From contig NC_057720.1 in assembly GCF_004010195.1 (NCBI RefSeq), positions 14,733,751 to 14,797,750 on the forward strand: 64,000 nucleotides of DNA, read 5' to 3'. Of the stretch, positions 1 to 11,770 are shown one piece after another. The notes under the pieces were generated by a model, which ran no database searches, was not told where the DNA came from, and saw only the letters and a list, made by a program, of their open reading frames with translations. Every line of letters begins with the position of its first letter. Position 1 is the first letter of the stretch. Origin of the DNA: Chiloscyllium plagiosum (lineage: Eukaryota). The position numbers and the translations under genes are program-made.

Positions 1-493
1 GGGGGAATGAGGGGAATAGGTGAGGGGGGGTAAGAAAGTGGGAGGGAAAAGTGCGGTCGTGGGGGAGGGGTAGGAAAGAGGCCAGGAGGGGTAAGTGAAA
101 GGGAGTATGCATCGGGTCACAGCCGAACAGGCTCCGCCACCGCCGTGTCCAGCTCCCTGCGCACGCGCGCCGGGAGGGGAAGTTGGCCCTGAAAGACCGA
201 GCCCGCGCGACTCCCTCCCTCAAACAGCCGCGCGCCCAACGGTCACAGGAAGCCGCGCCTCACCCTCACCCTCCCCTCCCCCACAACAATAACAACACCA
301 TCCCGCCGCAAGTGAAAGCTCTCCTGGACACTTCATTATCCGTGTCTCCCCTCGACGACGATCGCCACCTCTTCATTCAGTATACGTGATTTATACCGAT
401 GTCAACTTGACCTCACGTTCCCCGGTGAGATAACAACCAGGCAACGCTATCAATCTTTATGATAAATAAGAGCCGAGCCGAGCCACCGCTTAC

Positions 494-510
494 CGACTAC
501 CAGACGCCAT
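494..510 (-). CDS. GTF2B: General transcription factor IIB, first coding exon (MASGSR, 17 nt); the rest of the gene lies left of the window
   Basis: The minus strand reads CAAG ATG GCG TCT GGT AGT CG|gtaagc, giving a strong Kozak context and a consensus donor inside a CpG-rich island. It matches the short MASTSR first exon I recall for vertebrate GTF2B, and KYAT3 lies upstream on the same strand as in human. Confidence 0.85.
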
Positions 511-625
511 CTTGTCCGGGGGGGGGGGGGGGGGGTCAGAGTCTGCCGTGAGTGCGGCCTCCTTTTATAAACACGCAGCGTCACATGACGCGTCAGTCAC
601 CGAGACGGCGCGCCGGATGTACCAA
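502..625 (-). promoter_or_regulatory. GTF2B core/proximal promoter: TATA box, CRE-like/E-box cluster, ETS-like site, YY1-like motif over the start codon
   Basis: TATAAAAG on the minus strand at 562-569, about 50 nt upstream of the ATG. GCGTCACATGACGCGTCA at about 578-595 contains TGACG half-sites around CACATG. CCGGATGT lies at about 613-620, and CAAGATGGCG overlaps the start codon. Confidence 0.65.
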
Positions 626-914
626 AAGTCCCGGGTGGTGGTTGGCGAAACGAGAGGCAGGAGAGTGGTTGTCGATACCGCCTACATACCCATCCCACAA
701 TCTTCATTACAGTATAAGGGCGATTTGGACTCAGACGTGAGTTCGCTTGTTCAAGTTTAGTTTCGGTCTCGTTGCATCAGTCCCATCCTTAAAACTCAAC
801 GGTATCCTCGATATCATTTTAAGGTAAAAAAAGGGCACTTTTAGATAGCTGTCAATCACAAATCGACATCTCGTGATGCCATACATGATAGTGTGGCACT
901 TTTCAAAGTAAGCC

Positions 915-1300
915 AGCCATGTATAAGACGTGGAAGCATAAATTAGGCCATTCAGCCCATCGAGTCTGCTGATACTCTCAACTCCATTCTGCCTGTAACC
1001 TTTGATCCCTCTCAACTCCATTCTGCCTGTAACCTTTGATCCCCTTGATCCTCAAGAACCTATCCATCTCAGTCTTAAATATACTCAATAGCCTTCTGTG
1101 GCAATGAATTCCATAGATTCACCACTCCCCTAGCTGAAGAATGTTCTCCTCACCTCAGTTCTAAAAGGTCTTCCTAAGGTCATGCCCTTGGGTGCTAGTC
1201 TCTCCCACCAATGAAAACATCTTCCCAACATCTACTGTGCCAAGGCCATTCAGTATTCTGTATGTTTCAAACAGTTCCCCCCACATCCTTCTAAACTCCA
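915..1300 (-). mobile_element. CR1-type LINE 3' fragment containing a 34-bp tandem duplication (975-1008, 1009-1042)
   Basis: Similar to the other CR1 3' ends in the window. Confidence 0.7.
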
Positions 1301-1485
1301 ACTAACTGATCTAACCAACAACTACAGCTTGGGCTCAGTTCCTGTACCAGCTGAGGTTGCCATAAAGATGTCTCTTTCTTAACCTCTCCCCTTGCCCTGG
1401 GTCATGGTGACCCTCAGGTTAAACCACCATCAGTCATCTCTTTCTAATGAGAGAGCAGACTTATGGTTCAATTGATGACTTTAAT

Positions 1486-1813
1486 GGGTGGCACAGTGGT
1501 TAGCACTGCTGCCTCACAGTGCCAGGAAACCAGGTTCAATTCCAGACTCAGGTGACTGTCTGTGTGGAGTGTGCACATTCTCCACTTGTCTGCATGGGGT
1601 TTGTCCGGGTACTCTGGTTTCCTCCTACAGTCCAAAGATGTGCAGGTTAGGTGAATTGGCCATGCTAAATTTCTCATAGTATTCAGGGATGTATAGGTTA
1701 GGTGGATTAGTCAGGGGTAAATATTGGGGAAAGGATTTAGGTAGGATACTCTTTGGAAGGTCAATGTGAACTTGTTGGGCCGAAGGGCCTCTTCCCGCAT
1801 TTAGGATTCTATG
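1486..1813 (+). mobile_element. tRNA-derived V-SINE (HE1-like)
   Basis: A-box GGCACAGTGG and B-box GGTTCAATTCC, the central gtgtggagt..gcacattctcc domain, and a CR1-like 3' tail. Confidence 0.85.
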
Positions 1814-2058
1814 AGATTTTCAAAGTGTAGTCATTTGTTGTCATGTGGAAGTCAATTTGTCCACAGATTTTCTCTTTGCAGTGTTAACTGAGGACTTGTT
1901 TGCTCTTCTTAATTGTATTATAGGTACTTTTGTATCCACCCAAGAAGTCAGGCAAAACCTTAGTTTAATGTCACATTTGAAAAACAGCACCTCTGACAGA
2001 GCATGCTAGAATATTTGTTTGGATTTTTAAGTTCAAGTCCATGAGCAGGTCTTTTATC

Positions 2059-3066
2059 TGTTACGAAATGGGGTAAACCCCTCTGCTAATTTAAATCAGA
2101 AACACAGAAATGATTCATCCCATGCTGTAATCTTTAAACATCGAGAGGCAAAGAACTATCCCAGAGGTCACTATTTAAAGTAAAAATTAACAACTTTATT
2201 CTTTAAGTCCAACAGAGAATATTAAAACCAACAACTATTTACAGCTCCTTTCTCTTAAACCTATCTTTTACCTCCCATTCTACAATACTAGTCCGATTAA
2301 AAAAAACCTGATTAAGATTTACGAGAAAAACATCACGTTTCAAAACCAGTTAGCTTTGCCGAATCTCCTTTGTATATTCTCCCTAGGTCGGTTTCGATGT
2401 TCTGCTGTGCAAACTCCTTCCAGACTGGGTGGCATGGTGGTACAGTGGTTAGACCTGGGTTCAATTCCTGCCTCAGGCAACTATCTGTGTGGAGTTTGCA
2501 CGTTCTCCCCGTGTCTGCGTGGGTTTCCTCCAGGTGCTCTGGATTCCTCCCACAGTCCAAATATGTGCAGTTTAGGTGAATTGGCCTTGCTAAATTGCCC
2601 GTAGTATTTGGTGTAGGGGAATGGGTTTGGGTGAGTTGCTCTTCGGAGGGTCGGTGTGGACTTGTTGGGCCTGTTTCCACTGTAAGTAATCTAATCTAAT
2701 CAGACTGGTACCTCACAGAGAGCTCTTGAGCTAGCAGCCTACGTGTGTTGGTCTTTTGGCAGTTCTCCCTCTAACTATTCAAAAATGTCCAGTTTTATAC
2801 CCCAAAACATCGTATCGTTTCATTGGTCCTAATAGTATAAAAATAGTAAATTCAAATTTGACTGGACGTTGGTATCTTGGGGCATAATTTAAACAGATTG
2901 GCCGAATTTGAATTTGTTTCTTGTCTCATGGCAATCCAACTGCTGCTAGCTGTTTCGACCAAGTATTACATTGTTACCTTGTTCAGAACACTTTGTGCTG
3001 TGTCCAGCAGGCCTTGCAAGCTTTTCAGCTCTCTTAAAGGTACAGGACCTTTACACCTTCATAACA
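2059..3066 (-). repeat. 3' LTR of the Gmr1-like element, interrupted by a V-SINE
   Basis: Reads tgttac...cataaca and is homologous to 7087-7790 and 8731-9166. The SINE inside it is flanked by a CAGACTGG duplication (2421-2428 and 2701-2708). Confidence 0.9.
2427..2700 (+). mobile_element. V-SINE (HE1-like) inserted in the LTR
   Basis: Same consensus as 1486-1813, with a (CTAAT)n tail and an 8-bp TSD. Confidence 0.85.
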
Positions 3067-3591
3067 CCTCCCCCCTTAAGAAAAAAAATGAACCATCATA
3101 ATGAAAAGATGACTTTTCTTTTCTCTACTCCCTAACTACAATACAATGACATACATATGACTGTAATCTGAGTTCATATTAATCTCTTTCCATGTAAATA
3201 TAACATTGAATAGATATCAATCTTATCTATACTTTATCAGTGAAATCCACGATAATGTATCTGCAATTACATTCTTACGACCCGCAACATGTACGATAAG
3301 TAAATTAAAAGTCTGTAACAGAAGTCTCCAATGAAATAGTCTCATGTTCTTGTCTTTAAAGCGTTCCAAGAATGTAAGAGGATTGTAACCTGTGTACACA
3401 GCCATCTCAAACACATTGTTCATAACATACACATTAAAATGTTGTAAGGCTGGTACTAAACTTAATAGTTCATTTTCGGTTATGGAGTATTTCCTCTGGT
3501 GGATGTTGAGTTTCTTCGAAAAGTATCCAACTGGCAGTTCAATCCCATCATCATCTTCCCATACATCAGCTCCAACTCCTATGTCACTAGT

Positions 3592-3801
3592 TGAAACTTT
3601 ATTGCTGGAACAGCACAGCAGGTCAGGCAGCATCCAGGGAACAGGAGATTCGACGTTTCGGGCACAGGCCCTTCTGATTCCTGAAGAAGGGCCTGTGCCC
3701 GAAATGTCGAATCTCCTGTTCCCTGGATGCTGCCTGACCTGCTGTGCTGTTCCAGCAATAAAGTTTCAACTTTGATCTCCAGCATCTGCAGACCTCACTT
3801 T
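3592..3801 (+). mobile_element. Short inverted-repeat Penelope-like insertion with a hammerhead motif
   Basis: 16-bp TSD CTCCTATGTCACTAGT (3576-3591 and 3802-3817). Arms about 3590-3675 and 3685-3771 are reverse complements, followed by a tail of about 30 nt. It interrupts the RNase H DTSDIGVG motif of the LTR element. Confidence 0.85.
3676..3713 (+). ncRNA. Minimal type I hammerhead ribozyme motif
   Basis: GAUUC-CUGAAGA-A-GGGC(CUGU)GCCC-GAAA-UG-UC/GAAUC, with a 5-bp stem I and a 4-bp stem II. The ACGU loop has decayed to AUGU in this copy. Confidence 0.7.
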
Positions 3802-6800
3802 CTCCTATGTCACTAGTATCAATGGCAACTTAAAAGGTTTTGAAATGTTTGATGTAGTTAAAACTGGTTTGGTGGTTAATATTGTTTTCAAATGGTCGAA
3901 TGCCTCTTGGCATTGTTCTGTCCACCAAAACTTTGTGTTTTTCTTCAGCAAATCTGTTACCAGTGCCACTACACTGCTGAAGTTTGGAACAAACTTCCAA
4001 TAGAATCTGCTTAGTCCCAAAACTCAAAGCACCTATTTCTTCAAAGTTGGTCGTAGAAATTCCTTGATGGCCTTTGTCTTTGCGTTCTGTGGGGTCAACC
4101 TTTCATGACCGATGTTTTGTCCCAAGAGTGTCACCTATGCTTTTGCAAATTCAGTTTTGTTTATGTTTATTACCAGTTTTGTTTCTCATAGTCGTTCAAA
4201 GAGCTCTGCCAACTGTACCATGTGATCTTTCCAGGACTTAGTAAAGATAACTACATCATCCAAATAGACTGCACAGTTGGTTAACCCCGCCATAACTCTG
4301 TTCATTCATGAGTCTTTGGAACGTGGCAGGTGCGTTCTTCATTCCAAAGGGCATCACTTTAAATTGATATAGCCCATTTGGGGTTACAAACCCAGAAATT
4401 TCTTTTGCCACCTCTGATAAAGGTACTGGCCAATAACTACGCAGTAATTCCAACTTGGTGATATAACTGGCTTGTCTGACTTTCTTGATCCAGCCCTCCA
4501 ATCTCAGAACTGGATATGAGTCCAACTTTGTAATGGCATTGACCTTCCATGCAGAATCGTTGAGTGCTGTCTGGTTTGGAAATTATGATGATCAGCGAAC
4601 TCCACTCGCTCTGGCTTAGTTCGATGATATCCTCTTCAATGGCCTGCACCTCCATGTGGACCTGTCTGGCTTTGAAATGATTAAGCCGACAGGGTGTTGT
4701 TTTATCACAGCAGTATTCCCTACATCTACTTCAGGTACAATAGCATTAGTCCTCTCCATCTCATTCTTACGTATGTCGTTATACAGCAGTAGCAAACCTT
4801 TCAACTGCGTTCTATGCTCCTGAGTCAATAGTTTACTAACCTATCCCACTCCTCAAGGACTTCTTTGTTTTTTTAAATCTATTTTGAGGCACATCAAAAT
4901 CCACACCAACTGGATTTGATTCCTCACTTTACAGGCCAGTAATTAACACATGTTTCTCTAGTTCTTTCTCTCTCTAATGCGGTTTCAGCATGTTCACATG
5001 ACATACCCAATATCGTTTTTCCTATCTGGCATCTTTACTAGATAGTTCACCTGATTCAACATTTTCTCAATTTGATAGGGACCACTAAACCTGGCTTTGA
5101 AGGGATCTCCTATCACTGGTAACAGTACTAAGACGCCATCACCTCGGGAAAATGTCCAAGTGTCAGAGCTTTTATCTGCCACCTGCTTTATTCTACACTG
5201 TGTCCTCTTTAGGTGCTGTTTAGCAAACTCACCTACTCAATTTACTCTGCCCCTCACTTCGGATTCATAATCTAAGTATGAAATCTTCGACTTTGGGCCT
5301 GTCAAGTTTTCTTTAATTAATTTCAAAGGGCTACTCACTTCATGCCTGAATATTAACTCGAAGGTGGTGAACTGAGTAGATTTGTTTGGGGCGTCTCTAA
5401 TGGCAAACAATACAAATGGCATACTCTTATCCCAATCATTCAGGTAATCCTGACAGTATGGTCTTAACATGGTCTTCAAGGTCTGATGCCACCTTTCTAA
5501 AGTTCCCTGGGATTCAGGATGACATGCACTGGATTTAAAGTGCTGTATACCTAAGCTATCCATAACTTCCTTAAACAGCCTAGCAGTAAATTTTGACATT
5601 TGGTGCGACTGAATCTCTCTAGGTAGCCCATACCATGTGAAAAAAGCTATTAACTCCTCTACCACCCTTTTTGCCTTGATACTCCGTAATGGAATTGCCT
5701 CCGGAAATCTGGTAGACATCCATTATGGTTACAAGTGCTGGTTCCCACTTTTAGTTCTCGGAAGGGACCTACACAATCGATTGTAACCCACATGAAAGGT
5801 GCTTCAAATGCAGGAATTGGCAACAAAGGTGCTGGCTTCATTACCGCCTGTGGCTTACCTACCATTTGGCATGTATGACACGTGCGGCAAAAGTTAACCA
5901 CACCCTTATGCATTCCAGGCCAATAAAAATGTTTTTGTAACTTAGCCTGAGTCTTTTGTATTCCGAGGTGACCTCCGACAGGTATTTCATGTGCTACCCG
6001 TAACACTTCCTGTCTGTATGCTACCAGCAACACAATCTGATGCACTTCGGCCATTTCTCCTATGCACTAACCTGCTGTGGTCTCCACTTCCATCTTAGGA
6101 TTCTATCTGTCACATAATAACCCTCAGATTCATCCTCTGCCTCCTTTTCGGAGTACGTATCCACGTATATATCTTTTATCGTCTTGTCTTTCTGTTGTAA
6201 GTCCCTTAGCCTTTCAGGACTAAACACTTCTGTCTGACCTTCTGCCTGTTCAGGGTTTTCCTTCACCATTACATCAAACAGGGTGTCCACTAACTGAACC
6301 TCAAATCCTTCATCTTTCTCTTTAGTTTTTGCTTTGTGTTGTGACTTATGATAGTGGAATCTGGTTCCTACACAGTCTTTTATTTCTGTTTTAACTCCTC
6401 AGTTTCTTGGTCTTCCTTGGGCTTCTCCACAACGAGTGGTGTCACTTCCACCTTGGACCCTGCTAAATCATTCCCAAGAACAAACTGAATTCCAGGAACT
6501 GACACTCCCACTGTCAATCACTCCCACTGTTACTTCCCCAGTCTTGAGCTGGCACTCCAATAGGGAACACTAAATTTCTGTCCATCTATCCCACAAATCA
6601 TCACACCTTTGGGTAACAGATCAAAAAGAGTGCACATTCGCTCATCAGCGACTGGTTAGATACTGTATCTCTCAAAATTATAACTTCCTGTCCTTCTCTC
6701 CCTGTCCTTTCTGAGTAAACTTTACCCACAGAGGCAAATTCTTTATAGAGACAGATACTAACTCCATACCCAGCCCCTGCCCAGGCTGTGCACTCTCCTG

Positions 6801-6959
6801 GAACTCCTTGGCTCTTCTTGGGGTTTCCTGTACTACTTTCACTAATGCCACTGGTTTCACTTCTTTTACCACATTTTTTCCCACAGTGTCTTTCTTAACA
6901 ACCAGCACTGTGACTTCACGTGACCCACTTTCTGGCAGTGAAAACTGAAAGGTTTTGCA

Positions 6960-8106
6960 ACACTCATAAAGGTACAGGACCTCTACATCTGCATAACACC
7001 ACCCCCCCTTTAGAAAAAAATGAACCATCATAATGAAAAGATTGCATAATTTGTTTTTCTCTATTCCCTAACCTTTTTCCCTAGACTGTTACAACACGGG
7101 GTAAACCTTTCTGCTAATTTAAACCAGCAACACAGAAAAGATTCACCCCATGCTGTAATCTGTAAACATCGCGAGGCAAAGAACTATCCCAGAGGTCACT
7201 AATTAAAGTAAAAATTAACAACTTTATTATTTTAGTCCAACTGAGAATATTAAAACCAACAACTATTGACAACTCTTTTCTCTTAAAACTATCTTTTACC
7301 TCCCACCTTACAATACAAATCTGATAAAAAATCCTGATTAAGATTTACAAAAGAAAATCATTCATGTTTCAAAACCAGTCAGCTTTGCCGAATGTCCTTT
7401 GTAGATTCTCCCTTGGTCGATTTCAATGTTCTGCTGTGCAAACTCCTTCCACAGGCAGGTACCTCTCAGAGAGCTCTTGAGCTAGCAGCCTACATATGTT
7501 AGCCTTTTGGCAGTTCTCTCTCGACTGTTCAAAAATATCTAGTTTTATATTGCAAAACATCAGTTCATTTCATTGACTTTAATTTTATCAAAATACTAAA
7601 TTCAAACTTGATTGGATTGCGGTATCTTGGGGCATAATTTAAACTGATTGGCCAAATTTGAATTTGTTTTTGTCTCATGGTAACCCATCTGCTGCTAGCT
7701 GTTTCTACCAAATGTCACATTGTTACCTTGTTCAGAACATTTTGTGCTGTGTCAGGCAGGCCTGCTAGCTTTTCAACACTCTTAAAGGTACAATCCCTCT
7801 GCTAATTTAAACCAACAACACAGAAAAGATTTACCCCATGCTGTAGTCTGTTAAAATTCAAGAGGCTAAGAACTATCCCAGAGGTCACTATATAAAGTAA
7901 ACATTAACAACTTTATGAGAAAGGATTTTTAAATAGTTGTTAGTTTTAATATTTTCTGTTGGACCTAAAGAATAAAGTTGTCATTTTTTGCTTTAAATAG
8001 TGACCTCTGGCATAAGTCTTTAGCATCAAATTTTAACAGATTACAGCACGAGCTAAGTCTTTTCTGTGTTGCTGGTTTAAATAAGGGGTTTACCCCATGT
8101 CATAAC
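6960..8106. repeat. Cluster of extra LTR copies of the same family inside gag
   Basis: LTR end plus PPT and adjacent internal sequence at about 6960-7085, a near-complete LTR at 7087-7790, a partial LTR at about 7793-7915, and an inverted partial LTR at about 7925-8106. Confidence 0.8.
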
Positions 8107-8730
8107 CTCTTCATAATTTCTTAACCCTTCATCTGACAGCACGGCAAAAACCCCACTAGCTCGCCTACCAGTTTAGTCTGAACTAGCATTACCCATAAAT
8201 CCTTGGACCACTCCATCTGCCCAGCCAATTTTGCAAATGAAATAAAGAAGGCTTCAACATCTTTCTCATCAAAATGTAGCAGAGTTTTGACATATTTGTA
8301 TATATCACTACCTTCTCTTGTAATCTCCATCCTGTTAACTTGGCTTTTCTGTCTAAGTCGCAACTTCTTAATTCGCATTCTCTCTTGTTGTCTCTTCCTT
8401 TCTTCTCTCTCCATTTCTTCTTCTCATTCTTTGCTCAGCTAAGAACCTTTTCTCTCTCTCTCTCTTTCTTGGCAAATTTGAGAATCATCTTCAAATACCA
8501 GAACCTCTTTAGCAATTTAAAGAGCCATTTCTATCACTTTTAAATTAACCAACCACAAGTCACTGAAATTAAACAAATTGCCTCACCTACATTTTATTTA
8601 AAGATTAAGGACACTAGCCTGCAAGTGTTTAAATCTACTGGGCTTTTTCGTACCCCACATCTATTCAAATCTGTCTAAACCTGTTCAAATCGTGGACGAA
8701 AGCTCCCAAGCTGTTCAAATCCCGCCAAAC

Positions 8731-9166
8731 TATTATGACTCAGGGTAAACCCCTGTGTTAATTTAAACTAGCAACATAGAAAAGATTTACCCATGCTGCA
8801 GTCTGTTAAAATTCAAGAGGCAAAGACTTATCCCAGAGGTCACTATTTAAAGTAAAAATTAACAATGTTATTCTTTAAATCCAACAGAGATTATTAAAAC
8901 CAACAACTATTTACAACTCCTTTCTCTTAAACCTATCTTTTAAAAATACTAAATTCAAATTTGATTGGATTCTGGTATCTTGGGGCATAATTTAAATTGA
9001 TTGGCTGAATTTGAATTTGTTTCTTGTCTCATGGCAACCCAGCTGCTGCTAACTGTTTCGACCAAGTGTTACATTGTTACTTTGTTCAGAACATGTGCTG
9101 TGTCCAGCAGGCCTTGCGAGCTTTCAAACTCTCTTAAAGGTACAGGACCTTTACACCTTCATAACA
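8731..9166 (-). repeat. 5' LTR of the Gmr1-like element, internally deleted
   Basis: Matches both ends of 2059-3066, with the middle missing at the junction near 8940. Confidence 0.85.
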
Positions 9167-9619
9167 TGTCTCTGAGGTGTGCATGCTGCCCACTGAAATT
9201 AATATTTTGGGAGCCTGTACTTTAATAACTAAAATTCATGTTTTCTTCCTGAAACAGGCATATCAGTACAAATGATGGGGACTGATCAGACAAGAATATA
9301 TTCAGAGATACACTCAGTGAAATGGGCTGCTTCATGCAGACCTTTGCCAAAGCTTATTTGTTAACACTGCTGCAGACCTACTCAGATGGTCGATTGTCCA
9401 ATATCACCTCATTTCTGCTGTACAATTTTGTACCATTTTGTGATTCTACTTCCTGGCTGTGGCTCAATTGATAGTCTTCTCACATTTTATTTGGAAGGTA
9501 TAGATTCAGGTTCCATGCAAGTTAAAAATCCAAGTTGACTCTGCGGGGCTGTGCTGTGAGAAATGCTGTCTTTTAGATCACGTTAAAATGAGGCCTTTTC
9601 TTAAGTGGTTGTATAGCAA

Positions 9620-9790
9620 ATAAAAATCAAAAGAATTGCAGATGTTGTAAATCAGAAACAAAAACCGAAATTGCTGGAGAAGAAAGTTTGGCAGTGTCTG
9701 TGCGGAAAAATCAGAGTTAACGTTACAGGTCCAGTGACACAGGACCCTTCCTTACTTCCTTACAGATGCTGCCAGACTTGCTGAGCTTTT
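9620..9790 (-). mobile_element. Old inverted-repeat Penelope-like end fragment
   Basis: Diverged inverted arms (gaaattgctggaga...ggcagtgtctgt and acagatgctgccag...tccagtaatttc) with a tail. Related pieces lie at about 10105-10215, 26320-26420 and 60960-61060. Confidence 0.55.
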
Positions 9791-10334
9791 CCAGTAATTT
9801 CTGTTTTTGTTGTAAGAATCTCAAATCTGTTGGATGAGCTTAAGGGCTAAGGTTCCTTCAGCAGTCCACTGACTGAATTCGAGGTAGTTTGTCTGTATGA
9901 CTGAGTTAGTGAGATTGCCTTCTGAAATACAGTGTGCAGGTAACTCCTCCCCACCCTGATTATAACCTGCTGGACTATAATCTGGTGTTGTGTGATTTTT
10001 AACGTTGTCTACCCTGATGTGCTATGGTTTCAAAGCTCAGACTCCAGTTTAAATTAGAACCAGGGTTCATCAAGCAATCAACATTTGCACCTGATGTAGA
10101 AGAACTAAAGAATTGAGGATGTTGGAAATCAGAAACAAAAACAGACACCGCTGGAAATGCTCAACAGATCTGGCAGCATCTGTGGAGAGAAAGCAGAATT
10201 AACATTTTGGGTTTACTCCCACATCATGCAATTATACCACATCACCTGGCATGGCATCTCTATTTTAATTAGTTGGCTCTTAATTTGAATTCTAAAAACT
10301 TTGTAATTGTTTATACCTGGTAAATGTTTCCCCA

Positions 10335-11770
10335 TTTGCCTTAAATCTGAAAGAAACCAATAATAGATAGTCAAATTAGTAGCTATCACCAACCAAAAGT
10401 GGTGAAGAAAAGCCAGAGAACTATAGACTGGTGACCCTGACATCGGTGGTGGGCAAATTGTTGGAGGGAATCCTGAAGCACAGGATTTACATGTACTTGG
10501 AAAGGCAAGGACTGATTAGGGATAGTTAACATGGCTTTGTGCGTGGAAAATCATGTCTCACTAACTTGGTTGAGTTTTTTGATGAAGTGATGAAGAAGAT
10601 TGATGAGGGCAGAGCAGTGGTCATGATCTGTATGGACATCATTCGGGCATTCTGCATGATAGTCTAGTTTGCAAGACTAGATCACACAGAATACAGGGAG
10701 AATAAGCTATTTGGATACAGAAGTGACTCAAAGTTAGAAAACAGAGGGTGATAGTGGAGGGTTACTTTTCAGACTGGAGACCTGTGACCAACGGTTGTGC
10801 CACAAGTATCCATTGCTAGGTCCACTGCTTTTCATCATTTCTATAAATGACTTGGATGTTAGTAAATTTGCAGGTGACATCAAAATTGGAGGTGTAGTGG
10901 ACAGCGAAGAAAGTCACATCAGAGTACAATGGGATCTTGATCAGATGGGCCAATGGGCTGAGGAGTGGCAGATGGAGTTTAATTTAGATAAATGTGAGGT
11001 GCTGCATTTTGGAAAGACAAATCAGGGCAGGAGTTATATACTTAATGCTAAGATCCTGGGGAGTATTGTTCAACAAAGAGATCTTGGTGTGCAATCCCAT
11101 AGTTCCTTGAAAGTGGAATCACATGTAGATAGGACAGTGAACAAAGTGTTTTGTATGCTTGTCTTTATTGGTCAGTGCAATGAGTATAGGAGTTGGGAAG
11201 TCATGTTGCAGCTGTTCAGGACATTGGTTAGGCCACTTTTGGAATATTGCATGCAATTCTGGTCTCCCAGCTATAGAAAAGATTATGTGAAACTTGAAAT
11301 TGTTCAGAAAAGACTTATAAGAATGTTGCCAGGGTTGGAGGGTTTGTGCTATATGGACAGGCTAAACAGGTTGGGGCTACTTTTCCTGTAGTGTTGCTTA
11401 CAGAGGTTTGTAAAGTTATGAGAGGCATGGAAAGGGTGAATAGCCAAGGTCTTTTCTCAAGAGTGGGGGAGTCTAAAACATGAGGGCATTGGTTTAAGGT
11501 GAGAATGGAAAGATTTAAAAGGGACCTAGGGGAAACTTTCACATCAACCATTGTGCGTGTATAGAACGAGCTGCCAGAGGAAGTGATGGACGCTGCTACA
11601 GTAACAACATTTAAAAGGCATCTGGATGGGTATATGAGTAGGAAGAGTTTAGAGGGATATGAGCCAAATGCTGGCAAATGGGACTAGATTAATTTAATCT
11701 ATCTGGTCAGCATGGACAAGTTGGACCAAAGAGTCTGTTTCTACGCTGTACAATTCCACGTCTCTTGACT
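10335..11770 (+). mobile_element. CR1-type LINE, RT region and 3' end
   Basis: ORF 10795-11391 reads LGPLLFII.INDLD..SKFAGDIKIGG...WQMEFNLDKCEVLHFG...LVRPLLEYCMQFWSP. Confidence 0.9.

Larger units (their letters stand above)
50..780. promoter_or_regulatory. CpG island around the GTF2B 5' end
   Basis: Visibly GC- and CpG-rich (gcgcacgcgcgccg, gcccgcgcga, ggcgcgccgg) compared with the CpG-poor remainder of the window. Confidence 0.75.
2059..9166 (-). mobile_element. Decayed Gmr1-like Ty3/gypsy LTR retrotransposon (gag-PR-IN-RT-RH), with nested insertions
   Basis: Related LTRs at 2059-3066 and 8731-9166 (TG..CA ends, one degenerate), and a polypurine tract GGGGGGAGG at 3067-3075 next to the 3' LTR. 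Minus-strand fragments in order: gag about 8100-8450, protease LRDT about 6660, integrase HHCC/core/GPY about 5000-6054, RT (VMPFGMKNAPATFQRLMN, YLDD) about 4250-4700, RNase H about 3223-3850. Many frameshifts and stops. Confidence 0.92.

Noticed and set aside
95..760. Plus-strand ORFs in the CpG island (65-82 aa)
   Set aside because: Low-complexity products of GC-rich promoter sequence with no recognisable domain; the supported gene here is on the minus strand.
1486..1560. tRNA-like sequence with A and B boxes (also at 22645, 56945 and 62438)
   Set aside because: These are SINE heads continuing into the SINE body, not tRNA genes.
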